DNA from: an uncultured Acidobacteriota bacterium
GTDB lineage: Bacteria > Acidobacteriota > Polarisedimenticolia > Polarisedimenticolales > DASRJG01
Reading direction: 5' to 3'
NCBI GenBank assembly: GCA_964628935.1
Contig: CAZVOE010000004.1
Span: 1-61,470 of the forward strand
DNA length: 61,470 bases
Of this stretch, positions 54,143 to 61,470 are shown one piece after another. The position numbers were made by a program, and so were the translations under genes. The notes beneath the pieces were generated by a model, which saw nothing but the letters and a program-made list of their open reading frames with translations, was not told the origin of the DNA and did not search any database. Within the stretch, counting starts at the first letter, position 1. Each line of letters begins with the position of its first letter.

Positions 54143-55039
54143 ATGGCGTGGTTCAAGAAGGAGAAGACCACCTTCAAGACCCCGGCGGGGGATCGGAAGT
54201 TCCAGGTCCCGGAGGGGCTCTGGGTCAAGTGCGAGAACTGCAAGGAGATCATCTACAAGAAGGAAGTCGCCGCGAACGCGAACGTCTGCCCGAAGTGCAA
54301 TTACCACTTCCGGATCAGCGCGCGGGAGCGGCTCGACGCCTTGTTCGACGACGGGCGGTATCGCGAATTCGACGCCGACATCGAACCGGTCGACGCCCTC
54401 GAGTTCGTCGACACCAAGCCCTACCGGGAGCGGATCGAGACTTACCAGGCCCAGACCGGCCTCAAGGATGCCGTCATCAACGCCGAGGGGCTGATGGGGG
54501 GGCTCCCCGTCGTGATCTCGGTCATGGAGTACGGCTTCATGGGGGGGTCGATGGGGAGCGTCGTCGGGGAGAAGGTCACCCGCGCCGCGGAGAGGGCCCT
54601 CGACGTCCAGTGCCCGCTGATCGTGATCTCCTGCTCGGGGGGGGCACGCATGCAGGAGGGGGCCCTTTCCCTCATGCAGATGGCGAAGATCTCGGCGGCC
54701 CTGGCACGGCTCGACGAAGCCGGGCTTCCCTACCTCTCGATCCTCACCGACCCGACGACGGGAGGGGTGACGGCGTCATTCGCGATGCTCGGCGATCTGA
54801 ACATCGCCGAGCCGAAGGCGCTGATCGGATTCGCCGGTCCCCGCGTGATCGAGCAGACGATCCGGCAGAAGCTCCCGGTCGGATTTCAGCGGGCGGAGTT
54901 CCTCCTCGAGCACGGGATGGTCGATCTCATCGTCGAGCGGGCGCAGATGCGGGAGACCTTGATCCGCTGTCTCCGTTTCCTGACGGCGACGCCGCGGCCG
55001 GAGCAAGCGCGGGCGAGGTCGGAGCGGGGGGAGGGTTAG
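54143..55039 (+). CDS. accD: acetyl-CoA carboxylase carboxyltransferase beta subunit
   Basis: MAWFKKEK..., Zn-ribbon [13 protein letters not shown]...[36 protein letters not shown]. Confidence 0.95.
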   Translation: MAWFKKEKTTFKTPAGDRKFQVPEGLWVKCENCKEIIYKKEVAANANVCPKCNYHFRISARERLDALFDDGRYREFDADIEPVDALEFVDTKPYRERIETYQAQTGLKDAVINAEGLMGGLPVVISVMEYGFMGGSMGSVVGEKVTRAAERALDVQCPLIVISCSGGARMQEGALSLMQMAKISAALARLDEAGLPYLSILTDPTTGGVTASFAMLGDLNIAEPKALIGFAGPRVIEQTIRQKLPVGFQRAEFLLEHGMVDLIVERAQMRETLIRCLRFLTATPRPEQARARSERGEG

Positions 55040-55087
55040 AGGGGCCCTCCCGCGGCGATGGGGCGAAGGGATTTCGCCCCCCCCAAT
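55035..55087 (+). repeat. copy A of a ~55-nt repeated element (R): GTTAGAGGgGCCCTCCCGCGGCGATGGGGCGAAGGGATTTCG + C8 + AAT
   Basis: 41/42 identical to 56219-56260. Contains the hairpin GGGGCGAA-GGGAT-TTCGCCCC (55060-55080), which runs into a C8 tract (55077-55084). Overlaps the accD TAG stop. Confidence 0.9.
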
Positions 55088-55232
55088 TCCCGCATTTTCT
55101 GCCGGAGCCTCGCATGGCACCTGTGGAGAATCCGCGAGAATCCAAACGGCACACCTCTTGCCCACGGGGCCGGCCGGTGACCCTCTCGGGGGGGTGTGTT
55201 GTCCAAGCGACATGGAGTGAAGGAGGCGAAGG

Positions 55233-55874
55233 ATGAAGTCTTCCACACCAACCTGCTTCGCGCTGAGCCTGACCTTACTGGGGGTGGCGGCGACCTCGGC
55301 ACCTACTCAGACGACCTGCGAAGGGCTCCTCCCGGACCCCGCGCACCCGGCGGAGTCCTGCACCTATACCCACGTCGAGTACGCACAATTCTCCTACAAC
55401 GGGAGCGTGAGGGCGACGTGGTCGAGCCAGTACGAAGTTCTGGAAGCCTATATCGTTGCCGACTGGGAGATCGTCTCGTCCTATTCGCCCGGTGCGCTCG
55501 TCGCACTTCCCATCGACACATCGAAGACGCGATACGATTTCGTCGGCCGTTTCCGGGAGATCGGTAGCGGGCAGGTCTTCAACGCCCTCACTCCAATCTG
55601 GTGCGTCTCCAGTGGGACGCTGCCGCCACCGCTCGAAGGGTGCTTCTCGGGTTACCACGGAAACGAGTGCACTCACACGGAGTCGGCGAGGTGCGCCGAT
55701 GGCACGACTATATCCGTCACCTGCAGCGGAGACAACGGCACGTGCACAGGAAACGGATCCGACGGGAGCAGCGTGACGTGCACGGCGAGCAAGACAACCA
55801 CGCAGACGACCACAACGGGGGGGACAGAGACTTCCACCACCACGATCGTGAAAAAGGAGACGTGTCCGCGGTAG
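55233..55874 (+). CDS. small secreted Cys-rich, Thr-rich-tailed hypothetical protein (cassette A)
   Basis: AAGGAGG 6 nt upstream of the ATG. Signal peptide MKSSTPTCFALSLTLLGVAATSA. Ten Cys in the mature part. C-terminal TTTQTTTTGGTETSTTT tract. Visibly lower GC (35/60 by hand count in 55381-55440). Confidence 0.7.
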   Translation: MKSSTPTCFALSLTLLGVAATSAPTQTTCEGLLPDPAHPAESCTYTHVEYAQFSYNGSVRATWSSQYEVLEAYIVADWEIVSSYSPGALVALPIDTSKTRYDFVGRFREIGSGQVFNALTPIWCVSSGTLPPPLEGCFSGYHGNECTHTESARCADGTTISVTCSGDNGTCTGNGSDGSSVTCTASKTTTQTTTTGGTETSTTTIVKKETCPR

Positions 55875-56038
55875 AGTGCCGGCCCCAGGCGGGAGCGCCC
55901 CTGCCGTGCCGAGGCGCTCGACGCACCAGCGGTCCGAGCACGACGCCGGCGCTCGAGGGCACGTTCTCCGAGAGGGATGGAGAGCCCGGCGCCGTTGTTT
56001 ATGCCTGTTTCCGACCCGGACAGTCCCGACGGGCCGGT

Positions 56039-56149
56039 TCACGCCCGACTGTCCCACAGCACGTCCGCCACCCCGCGGTAGGCGTTCTCGAACCGGGCCA
56101 TCACGAAGAGGGCGTCCGACAGCCGGTTGAGGTAACGGACGACCTCCGT
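56039..56149 (-). pseudogene. orphan 3' fragment (last 34-36 codons + stop) of the PduO-type adenosyltransferase gene
   Basis: 108/111 nt identical to 57022-57132. Encodes ...[36 protein letters not shown]. An in-frame TGA lies just upstream and there is no start codon. Confidence 0.85.
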
Positions 56150-56218
56150 AACTGAGGGAGTCCATGGAGGCGTTCATGAACCCGGCAGCACCCCTTCGGT
56201 CCCGTTTTTCAGCAGCCT

Positions 56219-56274
56219 GTTAGAGGCGCCCTCCCGCGGCGATGGGGCGAAGGGATTTCGCCCCCCCCCCCAAT
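56219..56274 (+). repeat. copy B of repeated element R, with a C11 tract
   Basis: Same sequence as 55035-55087 apart from one G/C substitution and poly-C length (56261-56271 = 11 C against 8 C). Confidence 0.9.
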
Positions 56275-56383
56275 GCGCACGGTTTGCGTGAGGCCGCCCG
56301 ATGGTCGCACCGCGAAGAACGAGAAGGCGGAACAATGGCGGTGGAACGGCTCTTGCTCAGGAGGCGGCCAAGGAGGGTTTCTC

Positions 56384-56911
56384 ATGAATCGTATCGTCGC
56401 TGGGCTGACTCTGATCGGGGCGGCGGGCCTTCTTGGATCGAGTCCCGTACAACCGACGAAGGTGATCGGGTTCAATTGCGGAGTGAGCGACAAGGTCTGG
56501 ATCTGGATCGACACCGAGACCGGGACCTGCGCGCAAACGGGCGGTGACGTTTGGGAGTGTCAGGAGTCAGGAGGCGACTATGCTCGTGCCAGCTGTGAGA
56601 TCGGCTGCGAGCGTGTCGAGATCGAGAACCTCGCTGGCTGTTTTCGGGGCGCCGTCGGAGACAGCCCCCCGGTCGCGATTCCGAACCACACGGTTGCCTG
56701 CGGGAACGGCCGGATGTTCGATCTGGAAGGGAAACCGGGAGACAAGTGCGTGACGGAGACGAACATCGATGGATCCGTGAAGGGCGGCATGTGCTCTCAG
56801 AGGAATCCCGAAACGGGAGCGGAGGAGATCTCTTCGAAAGCGGACTGTAACACTGGCTGTCAGGAAAGCTCCCCTCCCGGAGATTGCACCGAGCGGAATC
56901 CGTCAAGGTAA
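56384..56911 (+). CDS. small secreted Cys-rich hypothetical protein (cassette B)
   Basis: AAGGAGGG upstream of ATG 56384. Signal peptide MNRIVAGLTLIGAAGLLGSS. Twelve Cys in ~155 mature residues. No evident similarity to cassette A. Confidence 0.7.
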   Translation: MNRIVAGLTLIGAAGLLGSSPVQPTKVIGFNCGVSDKVWIWIDTETGTCAQTGGDVWECQESGGDYARASCEIGCERVEIENLAGCFRGAVGDSPPVAIPNHTVACGNGRMFDLEGKPGDKCVTETNIDGSVKGGMCSQRNPETGAEEISSKADCNTGCQESSPPGDCTERNPSR

Positions 56912-57021
56912 CCGCAGCGGACCGGGGATGCATGGATGGGGACGCTCTCGAGTGATCTGAAGCCCGCCTCGATCGCGAGAGCGTTCCAATTCCCGTCTGC
57001 GAAGAGGCGCAATCCTCGCCC

Positions 57022-57585
57022 TCACGCCCGACTGTCCCACAGCACGTCCCGCACCCCACGGTAGGCGTTCTCGAACCGGGCCATCACGAAGAGGGCGTCC
57101 GACAGCCGGTTGAGGTAACGGACGACCTCCGTCCCCACCGCCTCTTCCCGGGCGAGCGCGACCGCCAGCCGCTCGGCCCGCCGGCAGACGGTGCGGGCGA
57201 CGTGGAGATGAGCCGCTCCCGGCGAACCCCCGGGGAGGATGAAGTTCTCGAGCGGCCCGACTTGCTCGTTGAGCCGATCGATCAGCGCCTCGAGCGCGTC
57301 CACGTGGCGCGACTCGACCCGGGGGACCGGAATCTTCGCCTTGTCCTCCTCGAGGACGCAGAGGTCGGCTCCGAGGTGGAACAACTCGTTCTGGATCGTG
57401 AGCGCCGCCGCCGCGAGCGAGGGCTCGAGCCCCGTCGCGATCGCGGCGCCGAGGCAGGCGTTCAGCTCGTCGACCGTCCCGTAGGTCTCGATCCGGAGGG
57501 CGTCTTTGGGAACGCGCTGCCCGCCGCCCAAGCCCGTGGTGCCGTCGTCGCCGGTTTTCGTGTAAATCCTGGTGAGCCGGGGCAT
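57022..57585 (-). CDS. PduO-type ATP:cob(I)alamin adenosyltransferase
   Basis: [53 protein letters not shown] upstream of ATG 57585. Starts 2 nt after the receptor stop codon. Confidence 0.9.
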   Translation of the reverse strand: MPRLTRIYTKTGDDGTTGLGGGQRVPKDALRIETYGTVDELNACLGAAIATGLEPSLAAAALTIQNELFHLGADLCVLEEDKAKIPVPRVESRHVDALEALIDRLNEQVGPLENFILPGGSPGAAHLHVARTVCRRAERLAVALAREEAVGTEVVRYLNRLSDALFVMARFENAYRGVRDVLWDSRA

Positions 57586-57587
57586 TC

Positions 57588-59669
57588 TCAGAACCTCCAT
57601 TCGAGCCCGGCGTACCAGCGCCGTCCCGGTGCGGGAGTGTAGAAGGTCGCCTCCTCGAACGTCGAGAAGTCGAAGGCGCGGATCCCGCGGGTCGCATACG
57701 TCTCGTCGGTCAGGTTCCGCACCTCGGCGTAGAGGCGCGGGCCGCTCCCCTCGCGGATCGAGGCGAGGCGAGGTTCCCAGGTGAGTCGTGCGTTCGCGAC
57801 CGCGTACGCCTCCATCTCGGGCTGCGTATTTCCCGGATCGTTATCGAGAACCTGCGGCCCGACCCGGAGCCCTTCGAGACGGAAGCCCAGCCCCAAGGGA
57901 AGTACGAGGTCGAACCCGGCGCCCAAACGGTGCTCCGGCACGAGGGGGACGCGGTTCCCGTCGTCGTCCCCCCCGCGGAACTCGGCGTCGACCCACGCCG
58001 CCGTCACGAACCAGGAGACCCGCTCGTGCGCCCGCCCCCGCGCCGCGATCTCGACGCCGGTTCGCGCGGTCTCCCCGGCGTTGACGTTCCTCCCGAACGG
58101 GTCGGCCGGGGTCGGGGTCGGGTCGAAAACGATCTCGTCCTCCGTGGCGATCCGGAAGAGCGCTGCGTCGATCGAGCCCGAGCCGAGGGCGAGGCGCGCT
58201 CCCGCCTCGTACGACCGGGCGTCTTCGGGATCGAGATCGGGGTTGCTTCCGAAGCCGGGGAAGGCGAACGCTTCCTCCACGGTCGGCGGGAGGAACGACT
58301 CGCCGTATCCCACCCACACCCCGATTCGCTCCGTCGCCGCGAAGGTGACGCCTCCTCGAAGGGAGACCTCCGAGTAAGATCGCTCATCCGTGAGCGTCGG
58401 GTTCGGCACACGTTCCTCGTAGCGGATCCGGTCGCGATCGGCGCGCACCCCGAACGTCAACGCCCAACGGGCCGACGGCTCGAGGACGTTCTGCACGAAG
58501 AGGGCGGTCGCCTCGCGCTCCGCCCGGTTGTCGGCGTTCGGGGCGGCGAGGTCGGGGTTTCCGGGATCCGACGGGGAAGTGAAGAAGCCGAGGCTGTCGG
58601 TCGTTCCCCCGAGCCATTCGATCCCCGCGATCAGACGATTCGACACGGCGCCTCGGGAGAGGTCGTGGGTCACCTGCACGGTGCTCCCGAGCTCCCTCGC
58701 GTCCGTGTCGAGGAAGAAGCCGCCGAACGACGCGGCGGCACGGCCGGTCGAGAGGGACTCGGCGTCGCGGCCGCGGGCGTAGAGGTTCGCGGAGAGGGAA
58801 AACGACGACGATACCGGTCCCATGTACTGAAGCACCGCGAGGTTCGCGTCTTCCCTGGCCCCGTCGAGGCGGTTGTACGGGGACGCGGTGGGGTCGGCCT
58901 CCCACTCCGCCTGCGTGAGCGCCCCCGGCGCTCCCCAGTCGAGCCGCGAGAGCGAGCCGGTGAGCGCGAGACGGCGCCCTCCTCCGAGATCGACCCCGAA
59001 CGACCCGGCGTAACGATCGAGCGTCCCTCCCGCGTTCTCGCGGAAGCCGTCGTTCTCGTCGCTTGCCCCCGAGAGGAACCCGTCGAAGCGCCCCGAACCG
59101 AACGAGAGCGAGGCTCCGAGGCTCGACGCGGCGTCGCTTCCCGCTCCGGCGCGGAGAGCGCCCGAGAACCCTTCTCCGCGCCGCGTGCGGAGGTGCACCA
59201 TCCCCGCTTCCGATCCCGCGCCCGCGACGGCGGCGGCCGACCCCCGCACGATCTCGACCCGTTCGATCGCGTCGAGCGGGACGAGCTCGAGCGCGACCAC
59301 GTTGTTCCTGGGGTCGTTCAGTCGCGCCCCGTCGAGGAAGACGGCGGTGCCGGTGCCGGTCGCGAAGCCGCGCAGGTCGAAGGTCTTCTGCACGTCGTTC
59401 CCGACCTGGTCGTAGAGGACGATCCCCGCCTCGGCCGCGAGGAGGTCCTGGAGCGTGCGGGCGCCGCTCCGCTCGATCGCATCGCGCGCGACGACGGTGA
59501 CGAGGGCGGGGACGTCGTCCGCCGACTCCCCGGGATCGGGGAGCCGCGCCGCGGTGACCTCGACCCGCTCTTCGGGGACGGGCTCGATGCGGATGGGAGA
59601 CTCCTCCGCGAGCGCGGAGAAGGCGAGAAGAGAAGCGACGAGGGGGAACAGAACCGATCGAAGCGCCAT
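57588..59669 (-). CDS. TonB-dependent outer-membrane receptor, BtuB-like by context
   Basis: Signal peptide [21 protein letters not shown]. Plug region VEVTAARL...[13 protein letters not shown]. Beta-barrel ending YAGLEWRF. Preceded by a cobalamin riboswitch. Confidence 0.88.
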   Translation of the reverse strand: MALRSVLFPLVASLLAFSALAEESPIRIEPVPEERVEVTAARLPDPGESADDVPALVTVVARDAIERSGARTLQDLLAAEAGIVLYDQVGNDVQKTFDLRGFATGTGTAVFLDGARLNDPRNNVVALELVPLDAIERVEIVRGSAAAVAGAGSEAGMVHLRTRRGEGFSGALRAGAGSDAASSLGASLSFGSGRFDGFLSGASDENDGFRENAGGTLDRYAGSFGVDLGGGRRLALTGSLSRLDWGAPGALTQAEWEADPTASPYNRLDGAREDANLAVLQYMGPVSSSFSLSANLYARGRDAESLSTGRAAASFGGFFLDTDARELGSTVQVTHDLSRGAVSNRLIAGIEWLGGTTDSLGFFTSPSDPGNPDLAAPNADNRAEREATALFVQNVLEPSARWALTFGVRADRDRIRYEERVPNPTLTDERSYSEVSLRGGVTFAATERIGVWVGYGESFLPPTVEEAFAFPGFGSNPDLDPEDARSYEAGARLALGSGSIDAALFRIATEDEIVFDPTPTPADPFGRNVNAGETARTGVEIAARGRAHERVSWFVTAAWVDAEFRGGDDDGNRVPLVPEHRLGAGFDLVLPLGLGFRLEGLRVGPQVLDNDPGNTQPEMEAYAVANARLTWEPRLASIREGSGPRLYAEVRNLTDETYATRGIRAFDFSTFEEATFYTPAPGRRWYAGLEWRF

Positions 59670-59697
59670 GCGAACCTCCCGTTCGAGGGCTGGAAGA

Positions 59698-59865
59698 CGT
59701 TCGCCCGGCAGGTCTCCTGGCTTCCGGATCGTCCGCTCGAGGGCTCCTTCCCGGACGCGCAACCCCGATCTCCTCGGGATCCCTCGCGCCCAGTGGATTC
59801 GTGCCCTCGGCGTCCCCGGTGACAGTGGCGGGGGCCGCGCGGGATTCTCACCCGCTTCCCTTGGC
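59698..59865 (-). promoter_or_regulatory. cobalamin (B12) riboswitch in the leader of the TonB-dependent receptor gene
   Basis: The minus-strand read contains GGGAAGCGGGTGAGAATCCCGCGCGGCCCCCGCCACTGTCACCGGGGA (B12 box GCCACTG), GAATCCACTGGG and AGCCAGGAGACCTGCC. P1-like pairing of CTTCGTTCGGC with GCCGGGCGAACG. Confidence 0.85.
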
Positions 59866-59924
59866 CGAACGAAGGTGACAAAGAACGAAAACCGAACGGA
59901 CGGTAGCGGGAGGGGCGGGAGGTG

Positions 59925-60731
59925 TCAAGCGGACGTCGGTTCCGCGGCCGCCCCCAGCGCCACCGCGTAAGGCCGTCCCGTCGCCGGATCGACGCGCACC
60001 GCCACCTCGACCTCGTAGACCTCGCGGAGCGGCCCGGGCTGCATCACCTCCTCGGGCGCGCCGTCGGCGACGACCTCCCCGCATCGGAGGAGCACGAGGC
60101 GGGCGCAATACCGCGCGGCGAGGTTCAGGTCGTGGCTCACGAGCACGACCGTGATCCCCTCCTCGCGGTTGAGGCGGCGGAGCAGCTCGTAGGCCTCGAG
60201 ACGGTGGCGCAGGTCGAGGAAGGCGGTCGGTTCGTCGAGCAGGAGGAGCGGCGCTTCCTGCGCGAGCGCCCGCGCGAGGAGCACCCGCTGTCTTTCCCCC
60301 CCGGAGAGGGTGTGGAACGAACGATCGGCGAGATGGGCGATGTCGGTCCGCGAAAGCGCGTCCCGCGCGACCGCGAGATCGCGATCGCTTTCGAGGCCGA
60401 GGAGCCCCTGGTGCGGCGCGCGGCCGAGGAGGGCCATCTGGAGGACCGAGAACTCGAAGGCGGGGGAGGTTTGCTGCGGGACGACTGCGACGCGCCTCGC
60501 CCGCTCGCGAGCCGGAAGCGAACGGAGGTCGTCGCCGAAGAGGCGGAGCGTTCCCTCGTCGGGCCGCACGCTCCCCGACGCGAGCCGGACGAAGGTCGTC
60601 TTCCCCGATCCGTTGGGCCCGAGGATCGCGACCATCTCCCCGCGTGCGATCGAGAGGTCGAACCCACGAAAGACCGGCGCGCCGGGATAGGCGAACCGCA
60701 CGCTGCGGAGTTCAAGCGCCGCCCCGCTCAC
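59925..60731 (-). CDS. ABC transporter ATP-binding protein of the iron-siderophore/cobalamin (FepC/BtuD) type; GTG start
   Basis: GPNGSGKTT (Walker A), LSGGERQRVLLARAL (signature), LLLLDEPTAFLD (Walker B). GTGA overlap with the permease gene. Confidence 0.9.
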   Translation of the reverse strand: MSGAALELRSVRFAYPGAPVFRGFDLSIARGEMVAILGPNGSGKTTFVRLASGSVRPDEGTLRLFGDDLRSLPARERARRVAVVPQQTSPAFEFSVLQMALLGRAPHQGLLGLESDRDLAVARDALSRTDIAHLADRSFHTLSGGERQRVLLARALAQEAPLLLLDEPTAFLDLRHRLEAYELLRRLNREEGITVVLVSHDLNLAARYCARLVLLRCGEVVADGAPEEVMQPGPLREVYEVEVAVRVDPATGRPYAVALGAAAEPTSA

Positions 60732-61470
60732 GGCCGCCTCAATCTACGGAAGAGCAGAGCGAGAAAAAACGGCCCACCGAGAAGGGCGGTCACGGCCCCC
60801 ACCGGGACCTCGGCCGGCGCGGCGACGGTCCGCGCCAGGGCGTCCGCAAGCACGAGGAAGGCCGCGCCTGCCGCGACCGAGACCGGAAGCAACGTCCGGT
60901 GGTCGGGACCGAAGATCGCACGGACGGCGTGCGGGACGATCAGCCCCACGAATCCGATGACGCCGGTGAACGCGACGGCGGTCGCGGTGGCGAGGGAGGC
61001 GGCGAGCACGGCAACCCACGTCGCTCGCTCCGCCGCGACCCCGAGGTGCCCTGCCTCTTCCTCCCCGAGCGAGAGGATGTTCAGCGTGTGGGCCAGGGCG
61101 AAGAGGGTCGCGGTCCCGACCGTCACGAGGGCCACCATCACGAGGAGGGCGGTCCACGAGATCGAATCGAGCGAGCCGACGAGGAAGAAGAGAACCCCCT
61201 GGAACTTCGCCGGATCCCCGACCGAGATCAGGACGAGGAGGATCGCCGACACGAAGGCATTCACCACCACCCCCACGAGCAGGAGCGCGTGCGACTCGGT
61301 TCGACCGCGCAGGCGGGCGAGTGCGAAGAGGAGGACGAGCGCTGCGCCTGCGCCGAGGAAGGCGGCAGCGGGGCGGCCGAGGAGTCCGATCGGTCCTTCC
61401 CCCGCGGCCGCGAGGAAGAGCACCGCTCCGAGAACCGCCCCCCCCGAGACGCCGAGGACGAACGGGTCGG
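60728..61470 (-). CDS. FecCD/BtuC-family ABC permease; 5' end lies outside the window
   Basis: Frame is open to the window edge (DPFVLGVSGGAVLGAVLFLAAAG...). GVIGFVGLIVPHAVR and LLGGPFFLALL are typical of FecCD permeases. Confidence 0.85.
   Translation of the reverse strand, partial: DPFVLGVSGGAVLGAVLFLAAAGEGPIGLLGRPAAAFLGAGAALVLLFALARLRGRTESHALLLVGVVVNAFVSAILLVLISVGDPAKFQGVLFFLVGSLDSISWTALLVMVALVTVGTATLFALAHTLNILSLGEEEAGHLGVAAERATWVAVLAASLATATAVAFTGVIGFVGLIVPHAVRAIFGPDHRTLLPVSVAAGAAFLVLADALARTVAAPAEVPVGAVTALLGGPFFLALLFRRLRRP

Noticed and set aside
55060-55084. R hairpin as the accD Rho-independent terminator.
   Set aside because: The stem is followed by C-runs, not a U-tract, on either strand. 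The same element recurs at 56219 with no gene ending there. It could still act as an RNA-stability element.
55114-55236. Upstream short ORFs (55114-55236, 40 codons; 56301-56387, 28 codons), each ending in an ATGA overlap with the start of the Cys-rich gene.
   Set aside because: Open frames of this length are expected by chance in GC-rich DNA, the two peptides are unrelated, and the ATGA overlap only requires the second codon to begin with A. Noted, but not supportable from sequence alone.
55035-56274. R elements as integron attC sites (they begin with GTTAGAG, resembling a GTTRRRY core).
   Set aside because: No inverse core (RYYYAAC) or whole-site imperfect palindrome. R lies upstream rather than downstream of the cargo ORFs. 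No intI or attI in the window, and the seventh base does not fit the consensus.

Overview
Very GC-rich bacterial chromosomal window (by eye about two-thirds to 70% G+C, not computed). It is densely coding, with about 55 supportable genes, many joined by 1-17 nt start/stop overlaps. Gene content suggests an Acidobacteriota- or Gemmatimonadota-like soil or sediment bacterium (inference only): TIGR02999-type ECF sigma plus Ser/Thr kinase-TPR, a multiheme cytochrome-TPR lipoprotein, a giant FG-GAP protein, many secreted peptidases and Tat-signal enzymes. Housekeeping genes I recognise: phhA, an HAL-like ammonia-lyase, an RluA-type pseudouridine synthase, thiolase, Fur-family regulator, trmB, folC, accD and tRNA-Trp. 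Other clusters: phosphatases (PhoA-type, NPP-type); a cobalamin locus (FecCD/ABC importer, Cbl riboswitch, TonB-dependent receptor, PduO-type adenosyltransferase); vapBC; an LsrF-like aldolase with an alcohol dehydrogenase. Most interesting observations: (1) A regulatory/proteolytic cluster at 31.2-37.6 kb: RsbW-like kinase, STAS antagonist, ECF sigma and a membrane protein carrying 20 tandem 9-aa 'ALTSDAFRD' repeats; then, after a terminator, a Peptidase_MA-like/beta-propeller/Omp85-like barrel protein translationally coupled to a PrsW intramembrane protease. (2) A two-gene module of predicted RNase-H-fold nucleases at 44.1-46.3 kb (PUA-like+DUF429, then HhH+YprB-type exonuclease). (3) A lower-GC islet between accD and the PduO gene (55.0-57.1 kb). 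It holds two unrelated small Cys-rich secreted proteins, each preceded by the same ~55-nt hairpin/poly-C element and followed by the same 111-nt PduO 3' segment, so the direct repeats interleave. (4) A CPBP-CHAT protease fusion at the left edge. (5) A native Ala-Cys-Gly in place of the Ala-Ser-Gly MIO triad in the ammonia-lyase. All domain calls come from reading the translations; no searches were run.
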